Positions 1 through 12,346 of a stretch of 64,000 nucleotides of DNA are shown piece after piece. The stretch lies in contig CM059432.1 of assembly GCA_030390025.1 (NCBI GenBank), positions 152,460,001 through 152,524,000 of the forward strand. The letters are read 5' to 3'. The stretch comes from Squalus acanthias (lineage: Eukaryota). The notes below the pieces were generated by a model. It was not told the origin of the DNA. It did no database searches and worked only from the letters and a program-made list of their open reading frames with translations. The position numbers and the translations under genes were made by a program. The first letter of the stretch is position 1. Each line of letters starts with the position of its first letter.

Positions 1-573
1 GATCTGGTCCCACATCCTTCCTTCTGGAGTGCCTCCTGGCCCCTGTGGGTAGAGGACCCCTCTTCCACTGTTGACCCCCCTGTACAAAGCTGGAGTGCTG
101 TGTGTGAAACCCTGGGTGCCCCTTCCCTGGCCTGTTGAGCCATTTGTGTTCGTGCTGAAGCACTTTTACCATTTTTTACATGCAGAAGGCAGTTCAGCTT
201 TAAGAAGAAAACTGCCTAGTTTGGAAAGATCTTTACTTTTTTTTCCAGAAGGCAGTTGAGCTTTAAGGGCTAGAGACTGCCTATGTTTCGAACAATTTTA
301 AATTTTTTTATTTCAGAAGCCAGTTAAAGGCTCAAGACTGCTTTCTAAAATGACAGCCTTGCTTTAAGAAAATGCAGCCCCACTCCAGGGACGCTGCAGG
401 GATGCGACAGTGGGCCTCCTGCTGAGCGCACAGCCTGAAGCAGTACTTTTGTCACTGGGCTGTGCACTGAAATCATTCAAATCAGCAGGGAGCACTAAAA
501 TAACATCCTGCCTGCGATTTTTAAACAGGCGCGAGCAAATCTCGCCCCACGGTGCCACCGCCTATTTCGGGCC
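1..573 (-). mobile_element. Harbinger transposon end with decayed Myb/SANT gene N-terminus (element continues left of window)
   Basis: Minus strand near 1-150 reads MAQQARE..PGF....RGVLYPQGARR, resembling the Myb exon 1 at 38101. Ends in TIR-like atttcgggcc followed by tta; a second TIR-like end gaatttctaggcc lies at ~579-591. Confidence 0.55.
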
Positions 574-597
574 TTATCGAATTTCTAGGCCTACATT

Positions 598-872
598 TAT
601 TGCTCGCGATGCAGTCTCCTCTACATTGGGGAGACCAAACGGAGATGGGGTGATCGCTTTACAGAACACTTCCGTTCATTCTGCAAGCGTGACCCCGAGC
701 TTCCGGTCGCTTGTCACTTTCAGCCCCACTCCCACTCTGACCTCTCTGACCTCGGCCTCCTACACTGCTCCAATGAAGCTCAACGTAAGCTCGAGGAACA
801 GCACCTCCTCTTTCGATTAGACACTTTACAGCCTTCCGGACTCAACATCGAGTTCAACAATTTCAGTTCATA
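598..872 (+). mobile_element. Penelope-like element 3' fragment (GIY-YIG endonuclease end)
   Basis: Translates CSRCSLLYIGETKRRWGDRFTEH...DPELPVACHF...EEQHLLFRL.TLQPSGLNIEF; homologous to 2200-2322. Confidence 0.85.
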
Positions 873-937
873 ACCATTGCTTCGGACAGCAGCTGCTGGT
901 AATGATTCTGCTACTGTCATTTATAGCTCCTCCAGAC

Positions 938-1005
938 CAGTGGTTCTCAAACTTTTTTGGTTGAAGAACCCCTTTTCAAATGGATTAGTAATCACGGACC
1001 CCCCC
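938..1005 (+). mobile_element. Possible hAT/Charlie-type transposon terminus fragment
   Basis: Begins CAGTGGTTCTCAAACTT, a typical Charlie-type TIR; no partner TIR found. Confidence 0.4.
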
Positions 1006-1024
1006 TATCTATAGTAAAGAGCGG

Positions 1025-1115
1025 TGGTGTAGGACTAGTTGGATAGCTCTACCAAAGAGCCGGCACAGGCACGATGGGCCAAAAGGCCTCCTTCTGTGCT
1101 CTATGATTCTAAGAT
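1025..1115 (+). mobile_element. CR1 LINE 3' tail fragment
   Basis: gatgggccaaaaggcctccttctgtgctctatgattct matches other CR1 3' ends in the window. Confidence 0.65.
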
Positions 1116-1129
1116 AATGGAGATACTTG

Positions 1130-2322
1130 TCATGCCTCCCCTCTACACCTCCATCCCCCACCAGGACGGCCTGAGGGCGCTCCACTTCTTCCTTGAACAG
1201 AGGCCCAACCAGTCCCCATCCACCAGCACCCTCCTCCACCTGGCTGAACTTGTTCTCACATTGAACAATTTCTCCTTTGACTCCACTCATTTCCTCCAAA
1301 TTAAAGGTGTATCTATGGGAACCTGCATGGGTCCTAGCAATGCCTGCCTTTTCGTGGGAAACGTGGAACATTCTTTGTTCCAGTCCTACTCAGGTCCCCT
1401 CCCTCACCTCTTTCTCTGGTACATTGATGGCTGTATCGGTGCCGTTTCTTGCTCTCGCTCTGAGCTAGAGAATGTCATCAACTTTGCTTCCAATTTTCAC
1501 CCTTCCCTCACCTTCACATGGTCCATCTCCGACTCTTCTCTTCCCTTCCTTGACTTCTCTGTCTCCATTTCTGGCGATAGGCTATCGACAAACATTCACT
1601 ACAAGCCCAGTGACTCCCGCAGCTACCTGGACTACACATCCTCCCACCCCACTTCCTGTAAGGACTCTATTCCATTCTCCCAGTTTCTCCGTCTCCGTCA
1701 CATCTGTTCTGACGATGCCACCTTCCATACTAGTGTTTCCGACATGTCTTCCTTTTTCCTCAACCGAGGATTCCCCTCTACCGTGGTTGACATGGCCCTC
1801 GGCCGTGTCCGTTCCATTTCCCGCACTTCTGCTCTCACCCCTTCCCCTCCCTCCCAGAACCACGATAGGTTTCCCCCTGTCCTCACCTTTCACGCCACCA
1901 GCCTCCACATTCAACGGATCATCCTCCGCCACCTCCAACGTGATCCCACCACCAAACACATCTTCCCCCCACCCACCCCCTTTCAGCATTCCGAAGGGAC
2001 CGCTCCCTCCGTGACACCCTGGTCCACTTCTCAATCACCCCAACATCCCCTCCGCGTCCCACGGCACCTTCCCATGCAAGTGCAGGAGATGCAACACCTG
2101 CCCTTTTACCTCCTCCCTACCCACTGTCCAAGGCCCCAAACACTGCTTCCAGGTGAAATAGCGATTTACTTGTACTTCTTGCAATTTAGCATACTGTATT
2201 CGCTGCTCACGATATGGTCTCCTCGACATTGGGGAGACCAAATGTAGATTGGGTGACCGCAATGCGGAACACCTCCATTCAGTCTGTAAGCATGACCCCG
2301 AGCTTCCGGTCGCCTGTCATTT
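1130..2322 (+). mobile_element. Penelope-like retroelement RT + GIY-YIG, decayed
   Basis: ORF 1039-2247 contains LYTSIP, NNFSF, GVSMGT and WYIDG (degenerate RYIDD), then frameshifted CxxC / HIGETK GIY-YIG motifs. Confidence 0.9.
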
Positions 2323-3184
2323 CGATGCTGCCCGGCACAATGGGGAAGCCCACTATCCTGGCAAAGCCACGTGCATGCTCCATCTGCTTCGCCCTGGTCA
2401 GAGAGAAGACAATGAAGTCCCCTCTCCTGGCATAAAGAGCGTCTGTCACCTCTCTTATGCAGCAGTGGACGGCGAACTGGAACTTGTTACAGATGTCGCC
2501 TGCTCCAACCTGAAAGGATCCCAACATGTAGAAATTCAGGGCCACGGCAGCAGGTCTGGTTGCAAGAGGTGGCAGAGTTCTGTGAGCACCTTCTTCGTAA
2601 AGCGCAGACGCCTCACACACTGCTCCTGGCTCAGGCTGAGGTAAGAGAATTGCTCTCGGAAGACCCTAGGTGGGTAAGGTCTCCTGCTGAGAGCCTTTCT
2701 CCCCCTCCCTCTGCGAGCAGCTTGTCCTCTTCCTTGCTGCCACTCCTCCATCTCCCTGTCATGATGCAGGCCAACTAGAGCACCCATGACTGGGACAAGT
2801 GGTCTGACCAGAACTCTTAAAGTCAGAAGTAAGGCCTTCTCCACTTGCAGCACCACTCCGTCACCTCACCAACTTTAAACACCTCTAGAAAGCTCCAAAC
2901 GCTAGAAAGCTCAAAATGTGTCGACAAACTTACACAGAGCCAGCAGAAATCAAAAGCAAGTTACCTGAAAGTTGGTGATAATCCCTGGTAGGGGGTCCGT
3001 CCTGCTGCTGAACGCTGATTGACGTCACGATCTGCCTACTTCTCATACTTCTAGCGCATCTCCCTACCACCCTCACCATAAAGGCGTCTGGCGTGGCCCT
3101 CGCTACGCTGTGCGTGCGCGTTGCTCAGACGCCATTTAGGTCTCAATTCGGCACCCGTAGCTACGCAACCGAATTTCTCGGCCC
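2323..3184 (-). mobile_element. Harbinger fragment: HARBI1-like transposase 5' half plus terminus
   Basis: ORFs 2536-2856 (RRPYPPRVFREQFSYL..CVRRLRF) and 2279-2620 (VALNFY.LGSFQ...GFP); TIR ccgaatttctcggccc ends at 3184. Confidence 0.85.
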
Positions 3185-4757
3185 CTTTCTAGAGCACACT
3201 CAACACCCAGTACTCCAAGAGCATCCACGCTCTCCCCAAATTTTCTGATCTTAAATACAAACCCAAACTCATGAAACAGGAAACCTAGGCAACAAGGAAT
3301 GCATCACACATTCTCCTGCTGCAGATACGGGTTTAGGTTATGCTCATAAACACTCATAAAGAAACTGACATTTTGTTTCTGAGACACATATTGTCAAAGT
3401 CAGTTTAAATGTTCCTTCCTTTACCCCGATTTTATAAGACAGCCCATCTCCATTCCTGAAATGGAAGGACGTTGCTCTTGGTCCAATTTATTTCTGTAAT
3501 TAGACCATACGACAGTCCTGCAGTAGACTGACTGTAAGGTAACACTGAAGTAGCTCAAATCACAAAGCTGCCTGCATCCTCCACAAAATCCTGCAGACTA
3601 TCATCAGAATTCTGAGCGAAATATGTTGGATTTAAAAACACAAAGATACCCTATAGACATCAATCCCTAAAGCTCATCTACATCAAAGGGGTTGCTGAAG
3701 CCTACGGCTCCTCAGACTGAAAATAATCCAGACATTTTTCTGCACTCATTTGAAGATGATGCAATTGGAGTTTGTTGATGTGTGCCATTCTTTCCCCTCA
3801 ATAATGCAGTGTGTTGCATGCACTTCCTGAGAGAGGCCTGGGCCAGCCCACTACCAGATGTGTACCATCAGGCACTGACAGAGGAGGTCTGCGACGGGGT
3901 CCCTGCAGCACTTGTGCTGGAGCTGGTGACCATCCCCGAAAGGAACAGTAAATTTCCATTAATATGACAGTGTTTGCCTGTTGAAGCAGCAGCAATAACA
4001 GGACACTGGACACAGTACTGCTTCCTGTAATTCTTGTCTCATTATATGCACAGACAGACTTCCTGTGGTGATTCTCAGTGTTAGTCAGGGATACGTTGTT
4101 TTATATCAATAGGAGTGTCATCAACAAAGAGTGATGGGGAACGTGTTACAGGAATTAAGTGCAACGCCTACAGAAAGTGCATGCTGCACACAAGACTTTC
4201 AGTATATTACCAGATGATGTCCCATGACATTGCTGATGGTGTGTTGACGGTTTCATAATGAACAGGGCTTATGTACCAAGTAGTATCATCAGGGACCTTG
4301 ATTTAGCAGCATGGGGATGGCTTTGGGATATGGATACACTGGGAAGTGGATCTGGGATCTGGCAGTACAGGAAGGGGTCTCAGGGTCTAGGAATACTTTG
4401 AGGAGGATCACAGGAACTGGGAGCACTGGGGGAGGGCCATGGGGTTCAGAGCACAACAAAAAGAGCACTGTGGCAGGCCCAGGAGCTGGGATCTCTGGGA
4501 GAGAAGTACTGGGATCTTGGAGCATTGGGGAGGGAGGTTCCATGGTCTGGGAGCATTTGGGATTGTAATAAGATCAGGGGAGTATTGGGAGGGGATCCAG
4601 GTTCTTGGAGGAAGAGGGAAGTCCTGGGGAATTGAAGCAATGCGGGGACTAGAGTCTGACAGTATTGGTGGGAGGCATGTCTAGTTCATAACACTTTGTG
4701 TCCCTGCTCCAGAATTACACCCAAACATCTATGCCTGCTCTAAAGGCCAAGCTTGTA

Positions 4758-6252
4758 CTTATGAACATACGAACAAGGATGGACAGGGAAAGACCCTCTG
4801 GTCCATCCAGCCTGTCCCACACAATTGCGATACCTTGCATATCACAATATATACACTCCCCACCTGACCCGAAACCATGTGATCTCCTGGGAGAGGCAAA
4901 AAAACAGACACAAACCCAGGCCAATTTGGGGAGAAAAAAATCTGGGGAAAATTACTCTCCGACCCATCTAGGCAATCAAAACTAGTCCAGGAGATTACTC
5001 CGGCCCTGAATTCCCTATCTTTTGTAAGAGGTGATGTTTCCGCTCCAACCAGAAACAGATCCAGCTCTCGCGTGAAGGAATTCAGCGAATCAGCATCCAC
5101 CGCATGAGATGGCAGCCTGTTCCAGAGGTCTATTCGCTGGGAAAAGAACCACCTCCTGACATCTAACCTAGATCTGGCCTTACACAACTTAAATTTGTGA
5201 CCCCTGGTCCTCCCTAACCTATTTAATTGGAACAAACTGTCAACTGGAACACGATCTATCCCCTTCATTATCTTATAAACCTCAATCAGATCCCCCCTAA
5301 GTCTACGCTTCTCTAAAGTGTAGAGTCCCAACTCTTTTAGCCTATCTTGATAACTAAGATGCTTTAGACTGGGAATTAGTCTAGTGGCTCCTCCTCTGCA
5401 CCCTTTCCAAAGCCTCAATATCACCCACCATATGAGGAGACCAAAACTGGACACAGTATTCCAAGTGTGGCCTGACTAAGGTCTTGTACAAGGACAAAAC
5501 AGTATGCCTCGTCTTATACTCAATTGTCTTATGAATGCACCCCAACACCGTATTTGCTCTAGCTATCGCTTCACGGCATTGCTCATGTACCTTTAGCGAT
5601 GTATTCACTAGAATGTCCAAATCTCTTTCTTTCTCCACCTTCTTTAATGCTTTTCCCTGAAGGGTGTATGAATGTTGAGCATTCACCCTGCCCACATGCA
5701 TAACACTGCACTTACCCAAGGTATACATCATTTGCCAGTCATGAGCCCAATCTTCCAACATGTTAAGATCCTCCTGAAGCAGATGAGCATCATCTACAGT
5801 TCTAACACTCGAACAGATCTTGGTATCATCTGCAAATTTGCAGATTGTGCCCCCAACAGCTACATCCAGATCACTAGTAAACATAGTAAAGAGCAACGGT
5901 CCCAACACCGATCCCTGCGGGACACCACCGGTGACCGGTCTCCAAACAGATCCAAATCCATCGATAACTACTTCTTGCTTATGTTCTGCCAGCCAGTTTT
6001 CAATCCAACTCAATATATATTGCCACTAATAGCAGAGGCTTCAATCTTATAGAGAAGCCGCTTCTGCTGTACCTTATCAAAAGCTTTTTGGTAGTCTAAG
6101 TAGACAATGTCTACTGGGCTTCCCTGATCCACCAACTTTGTAACTTCTTCAAAAAATATAATTAGATTTGTATGACATGACCTTTTTATGAAGCCATGTT
6201 GGGTGTTCCTAATATGTTCCTCTCTATCCAAGCCCTCATATATTGCATCCCT
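4758..6252 (-). mobile_element. CR1 LINE ORF2 3' part and 3' UTR (split by Gypsy copy 1)
   Basis: GVPQGSVLGP, KFADD, LVRPHLEYCVQFW and EKRRLRGDLIEVYKI in ORFs 4759-5454, 5381-6013 and 6010-6393. Confidence 0.95.
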
Positions 6253-6484
6253 TGTTGAGGCTGCCGCGAAACACGAATTAAGACTGAATCCATGTGTGGA
6301 AAACAAAGGCTTTTTAATACAACTGCATGGTCCAAAATGGCTGAAACCCACTGCTCCTAGAATTCTCTGGAAAAATCCTGAGGCCCCGCCCACTCCTTTT
6401 CTCCTGCCTTAAAGGCAAGGTGCCCGATATTTTGTCCACGGACAGAAAAGTGGATAATGCCCGTTTAGGTGGCGATCCGCCACA
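6253..6484 (-). repeat. 3' LTR of Gypsy copy 1
   Basis: Direct repeat of 10336-10572; on the minus strand TGTGGCGG...CCTCAACA, preceded by the PPT. Confidence 0.95.
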
Positions 6485-6504
6485 CAGCTCCCCCCAGAAT
6501 CCGC

Positions 6505-9500
6505 TTAGGAGGTGTGGACGAGACGGTGCGGCGGTCTGATGGGCCGGCCAGAGCGGCTCTTGTAGGACGCCGGTGGACGTGGAATGGCCGGGCGTGGAGC
6601 GGCCGGGTGAACCGGCTTGAGGGCAGGTCGGCCGCGTGGTGGTGGACGAGCTACAGGGACCTGCTCACCGGGCTCCGAGTGTGCTGGCTTGAGTCGGTCA
6701 ACCGACACTTTTTCGGTCCTGTTGCCCACTTGCAGGGTGAAAAATTTGTCCCCAGCCTGTAGCACCTTGTAGGGCCCGTCGTACGGGGGTTGAAGGGGTC
6801 CGCGGTGGGCGTCGTGCCGGACGAAAACGAACCGTGCCTGGTGCAGGCTTAGTGGGACGTGTGAGGTGGATTCGCTATGTCGGGCAATGGGCACCGGGGC
6901 GAACTGCAGCGCCGGTGAGGCGAAGTCGGGGCGTTGCTGGTCGGCTGACCAGGGTGTCGTGGCGGTGGGCAGGAACTCGCCGGGTACACGCAGCAGTTGA
7001 CCGTACATGAGCTCTGCTGCCGATGCGTGGAGGTCTTCTTTAACCGCGGTGCGCAGGCCGAGGAGGACCCACGGAAGTCGGTCGTTCCAGGCGCCGTCCT
7101 GGAGGCTGGCTCGAAGAGATGCCTTCAAGGATCTGTGGAACCGCTCACACAGTCCGTTGGCTTGGGGGTGGTACGCTGTGGTGCGGTGAATGGTCACCCC
7201 GAGATTGCGTGCGACGGCGGTCCAGAGTTCAGAGGTAAATTGCGGACCTCTGTCCGACGTCATGTCGGAGGGGACGCCGAACCGTGCAACCCAGGTGCTG
7301 ACGAAGGCTCTGGCGATGTCGGCGGTGGTGGTAGAGGTCAGTGGAATTGCCTCGGGCCAGCGCATGGTGCGGTCAACGATCGTCAGCAAGTGCGTGTGGA
7401 CTTGCGACGGCGGCAGGGGCCCGACGATGTCCATGTGGATGTGGTTGAATCTACGCGAGGGGACGGTAAACTCCTCGAGGGGTGCTTTCGTGTGTTGCTG
7501 TACCTTGGCCCGTTGGCAGGCTAGGCAGGAGTTGGCCCAAGTACGCACATCCTTGCGAAGGCCGCGCCAGACAAAGCAGTTGGCTACCAATTTGATGGAT
7601 GCGTGGGCGCCGGGGTGGGAGAGGTTGTGGAGAATGTCGAATACCCGGCGGCGCCAGGATGCTGGGACGATGGGCCGAGGTTGACATAGGGATATGTCGC
7701 ACTTGACCGTGACTGCGGTCGGGCCACAGGCGACGTCGGCCAGGCATAGCCCTGGTAGGTTGGTGGGTGCGGAATGCAGATCAGGGTCGGTGATCTGGTC
7801 TGCTGCGAGTTGAGCGTAGTCGACTGCCAGGTGTGCGGCATGGATGGCAGGGCGGGAGAGGCAGTCGGCTACCACATTGTCTCGGCCGGAGACGTGTTGG
7901 ATGTCCGTGGTGAACTCTGACACTGCCGCGAGCTGGCGCTGCTGCCTGGCGGACCAGGGGTCGGTTGTCTTTGCCATTGCGAATGTCAGGGGCTTGTGGT
8001 CGACAAACGCAGTGAAGGGGTGGCCCTCAAGCAAAAACTGAAAATGGCGGACCGCCAGGAACAGCGCGAGGAGCTCGCGGTCGAAGGTGCTGTACTTGAC
8101 CTCCGGGGGGCGTAGTTGGCGGCTGAAGAAGGCAAGTGGTTGCCAGGCGCCGTCGACCCACTGCTCATACACGGCATCCATGGTGAGCACTACCCTGGCA
8201 TTGGGCCGTGGGTGCGCGAGCAGGGTGGCGTTGGCGAGCGCGGTTTTGTTGGAGTCGAAGGCGGCGGACGCGTCTGCCGTCCATTCGACCGCCATCTTGC
8301 CGCTCCTGCCCCGGAGGGCTTCATACAGGGGCCTCATGAGGGACGCCGCTTTGGGGATGAAGCGGTTATAGAAATTCACCATCCCGAGGAACTCCTGGAG
8401 GCCTTTGATGGTGGCGGGGCGGGGAAATTGTTGGACGGCCTGCACCTTGGTGGGCAGGGGAATGGCCCCAGCCTGGGTGATGTGGTGGCCAAGGAAGTCG
8501 ATCTTGTCCAGGCCGAACTGGCATTTGGCTGGGCTGAGGATGAGCCCGTGGTCGCTGAGGCGCCCGAACAGGATGCGAAGGTGTTCGAGGTGTTCCTGCT
8601 TGGAGGAACTGGCTACCAGGATGTCGTCCAGGTAGACGAACAGGAACTTCAGGTCCCGAAGGACCGAGTCCATGAGCCGTTGGAATGCCTGGGCCGCGTT
8701 TTTGAGGCCGAAGGGCATCCGCAGGAACTCGAACAGGCCGAAGGGGGTGATTACGGCCGTCTTGGGGACGTCCGCGGGGTGGACGGGGACTTGGTGGTAG
8801 CCGCGCACCAGTTCGACCTTGGAAAAGACTGAGCGGCCGGCCAGTCTAGCCGAGAAGTCCTGAATGTGCGGCACGGGGTACCGATCAGGGGTGGTGGCGT
8901 CATTGAGGCGGCGGTAATCCCCGCAGGGGCGCCAACCCCCGCCTGGTTTGGGGGCGATGTGGAGTGGGGAGGCCCAGGGACTGTTGGAGCGGCGGATGAT
9001 GCCGAGCTGTTTCATGGTGGCAAACTCGGTCCGCGCGATCTCCAGTTTGGCCGGGTCCAGCCTGTGGGCGTGGGCGTACACTGGGGAGCCTGTGGTGGGG
9101 ATGAAGTGTTCCACCCCGTGTTTGGCGGCCTTCGCGGAGAAGGTCGGATTGGTAAGGGCCGGGAATTCGGCCAGGAGTGCCGAGTAGTCATTCGTGGCCC
9201 GGGCGTGGCACTGTGACGCCATGTCGGCGGGTTGACGGGGGCCATGGCGCCCAGGATGGGGGACATGGTGTTCATGTCCATGAGGCGGTGTCGAGGGATG
9301 TCTACCAGTAGGCCGTGGGCGCACAGGAAATCTGCGCCGATGAGAGGGGAGAGCACCTTGGCAGTGATGAACTCCCATCGGTAGCGGTGACCAGCGAGGT
9401 CGAGGGTGACTGTCCGGGTGCCGTACGTCCGGATTTCTGAGCCGTTAGCAGCAGCCAGCGTCGGTCTTCGTTCGCCCTTATGGATGTCGAGGGAGGAGGC

Positions 9501-10295
9501 CGGGATGATGCTGTGCTGAGCTCCAGTGTCGCACAGGAACCGGCGGCCGGTTTTGTCATCCGTGACGTACAGCAGGGAGCCCGCATGGCCCACGGCCATC
9601 GCGGGGGCTGGTACGGGGGCGGACTTGAAAGAGCAGGGAGGTGTGCACCGTTGTGCCCTGGCGCCGAACCGTGCGTGGTAGTAACAGTGGCCCGGGTTAG
9701 TGGGGCGTGAAGGCCCCGTGGGCCTGGTGGCTGGTCCTTGTGGCCGCGTGGTGGCCGGTGAGGGGCGCGCCCAGGCATTGGCTGCCAGGTCCGGAGTGAC
9801 GTCGCGGCTGGAGTGAGCGGACAGCAGCTTGTCGGCCTCATCGGCCAGGGCTTCCAGGTTCGTGAGGCCGGACGCCACGATCGCTGGGCGGATGCTGAGA
9901 GGGAGCTGGCCGATGAACAGCGTGCGGAAGAGGGATCCGGGTGGGCTCTCGTCGGTGAGGGAGTGCATGTGGGAGAGGAGGTTTGACGGTGAGGCATCAC
10001 CGAGGCCTGGAAGGTCGAGGAGGTGGCAGTTTCGCTGGTATGCCGAGGCCGTAAATTTTTTAAGGAGCGCTGCCTTAAGATGTGCATACTTGCCTTCCTC
10101 TGGTGGGTTCTGCAGCGCTGTACAAACCTTCGAAACTGTGGCGCTACCGAGTGATGTGACGAGGTAGTCGTACTGCGTCCCATCTGTGGTGATGTTTCGC
10201 AGCCGGAAGTGGGATTCAGCTTGGAGAAACCAGGCTTCGGGCTGGTTTTCCCAAAATTCCAGCAGTTTCACGGAAACTGCGTTCGTGTCCGCCAT
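6505..10295 (-). pseudogene. gag-pol of Gypsy copy 1 (frameshift ~9240; 21-nt deletion in RNase H)
   Basis: ORFs 9012-10295 (Gag, LCDTGA protease) and 6505-9378 (YLDD, HHCC, DDE integrase, GPY/F). TTDASDHAVGAVYEQ of copy 2 is reduced to TMDAVYEQ. Confidence 0.93.
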
Positions 10296-10320
10296 TGCAG
10301 TGCTCGGAATACGTTCTGAG

Positions 10321-10334
10321 CGTCGGGGTCACCA
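10321..10334 (-). promoter_or_regulatory. Primer-binding site, tRNA-Trp (copy 1)
   Basis: TGGTGACCCCGACG one base after the 5' LTR; complementary to the vertebrate tRNA-Trp 3' end. Confidence 0.88.
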
Positions 10335-10335
10335 A

Positions 10336-10572
10336 TGTTGAGGCTGCCGTGAAACACGAATCCATGTGTGGAAAACAAAGGCTTTTTAATACAACTGCAT
10401 GGTCCAAAATGGCTGAAACCCACTGCTCCTAGAATTCTCTGGAAAAATCCTGAGGCCCAGCCCACTCCTTTTCTCCTGCCTTAAAGGCAAGGTGCCTTAA
10501 AGGCAAGGTGCCCGATATTTTGACCACGGACGGAAAAGTGGATAATGCCCGTTTAGGTGGCGATCCGCCACA
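10336..10572 (-). repeat. 5' LTR of Gypsy copy 1
   Basis: Matches 6253-6484, with a private ~16-bp tandem duplication (ccttaaaggcaaggtg) and a small deletion. Confidence 0.95.
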
Positions 10573-10880
10573 CCCTAATGATTCCCTCAAGCATCTTTCT
10601 TATTACTGATGTCAAACAACTGGGCCTATAGTTACCCGAGTACATCTTGTCACCTTTTTTAAAGATGGGGATGACATTCGCCTCCTTCCAGTCTACAGGA
10701 ACCATCCCAGAATGCAGTGAGCTATTAAAAATATGAGCTGGGGCTCACACAGCACATGTCCACCACCTCCCTTAGCATCCTCAGGTGGATATCATCCGGC
10801 CCGGCTGCTCTATCTATTTTCAAGTGCTTAATTCTTTCTAAAACAATATGTTCATCTAATTTACTATTACTATTTTTATT
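10573..10880 (-). mobile_element. CR1 LINE ORF2 upstream continuation
   Basis: Removing the Gypsy element and one TSD restores KMLEGIIRDAIYEG; upstream reads GPDDIHLRMLRE and WKEANVIPIFKKG. Confidence 0.9.
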
Positions 10881-11086
10881 ATTAAAATCATTCAATTCTA
10901 ATAGTTGACTTTAGTCAATAAAACTGAAGAAACAAAATATAAATAGCAGAAAGTTATGTCGACTAGACAAGTAATTACTGACATGTATTCACGGCATTAA
11001 AGAATTAAGATATATATAAAATATTTACCCTCATTTTCTACTAACAATCAAACATGAACAATATATAGCGCTTTTAGCTTTTCCAG

Positions 11087-11124
11087 ATAACCAGAACTCT
11101 ATTTTCTGCTGTTTCAGTGAACAG
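11087..11124 (+). other. Candidate 38-bp exon A of unidentified host gene
   Basis: TACTAAC branch point at 11039, ttttccag acceptor, AG|gtttct donor; reads ITRTLFSAVSVNR, phase 0 to 2. Confidence 0.3.
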
Positions 11125-11545
11125 GTTTCTACCAAACTATACACCATCCGTGGTGATGAGTGGGTGGAGAGGGTGCGTAGGCCGATGTTGTAGGTGAGTG
11201 GGTGGGTGATGGTGGAGAAGGTGTGTAGGTGTAGAGCGTAGGTGAGTCGGTGGGTGAGTGGGTGGAGAGGATAGGTTGGTGGAGAGTGTAGGTAACTTGG
11301 TGGAGAGGGTTTGTAGGTGGAGAGGGTAGGTGAGTGGATGGGTGGATAGGTGATCTACTATCAGAAATTGGTCATCAGGGGGTGCATGAAAATGGATTGG
11401 GGGTGAGAACCCTTCTGCTTTCTTCCCTTTCTGTATATAAGGTGCCGAAGTGTACAAGTGCATAGTATAAAAGATGCATAGAGTATAATGTGCATATGGT
11501 ATAAGGTGCATAGGTTATAATATACATAGGATATAAAACATGTAC

Positions 11546-12320
11546 TACAACAACAACTGGCATTTATATAGCGCCGTTAATGTAGTAAAAGTCCAAAGGC
11601 GTTTCACAGGAGTGTTAGCAAACAAAATTTGACACCAAGCCACATAAGGAGATATTAGGAAAGGTGAGGTAGGTTTTAAGGAGCATCTTAAAGGAAGAGA
11701 AAGAGGTCGAGATGCAGAGAGGTTTCGGGAGGGAATTCCAGAGCTTAGGGCCCAGGCAGCTGAAGGCACGGCCGCAATGGTGGAAAGATTAAAATCGGGG
11801 ATGTGCAACAGGCCAGAATTGGAGGAGCGCAGTGATCCCGGAGGGTTGTAGGGCTGGAGGAACTTACAGAGATAGTATGGGGTGAGGCCATGGAGGGGTG
11901 TGAAAACAACAATGAGAATTTTAAAATCGAGGCATTGCCGCACCGAGAGTCAATGTAAGTCAGCGAGCACGGGGTGATAGGTGAATGGGACATGGGGAGA
12001 GTTAGGTTGCAGCCAGCAGAGTTTTGGATGAGCTCAAGTTTATGGAGGGAGGAAGGTAGGAGGCCGACCAGGAGTGCATTGGAATAGTCAAGTCTAGAAG
12101 TAAGAAAAGCATGGATGAGTGTTTCAGCAGCAGATGAGCTGAGCTGGGGTGGAGACTGGCGATGTTACGGAGGTGGAAGCAGGTGGTCTTGGTGAGGGAG
12201 CGGATATAGAGTTGGAAGCACAGCTCACGGTCAAATAGGATGCCAAGGTCGCCAATGGTCTGGTGCAGCCGCAGACAGTGACCAGGGAGAAGAATGGAGT
12301 TGGTGGCTAGGGATCGGGGT
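11546..12320 (-). mobile_element. L2 LINE 3' fragment
   Basis: Minus strand DFKILIVVF..LHGL.P.YL...LQPY.P..SLRS; tail ggcgctatataaatgccag(ttg)n. Confidence 0.85.
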
Positions 12321-12346
12321 TAAATATGTATTGTGTGTAAAGTATA

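Larger units (their letters stand above)
6253..10572 (-). mobile_element. Full-length Gypsy LTR retrotransposon, CsRN1/Kabuki-like clade, copy 1
   Basis: TG..CA LTRs at 6253-6484 and 10336-10572; TSD CCCT at 6249-6252 and 10573-10576; tRNA-Trp PBS; PPT GGGGGGAG; Gag CHCC knuckle CYYHARFGARAQRCTPPC; order PR-RT-RH-IN. Confidence 0.96.

Noticed and set aside
6997..9216. Antisense ORFs over Gypsy pol (also 21291-23500)
   Set aside because: Shadow ORFs of GC-rich coding sequence with no recognisable motifs.
11150..11350. GT-rich stretch (and G-rich 4300-4680) as a structured element
   Set aside because: Degenerate low-complexity sequence without a defined unit or termini.
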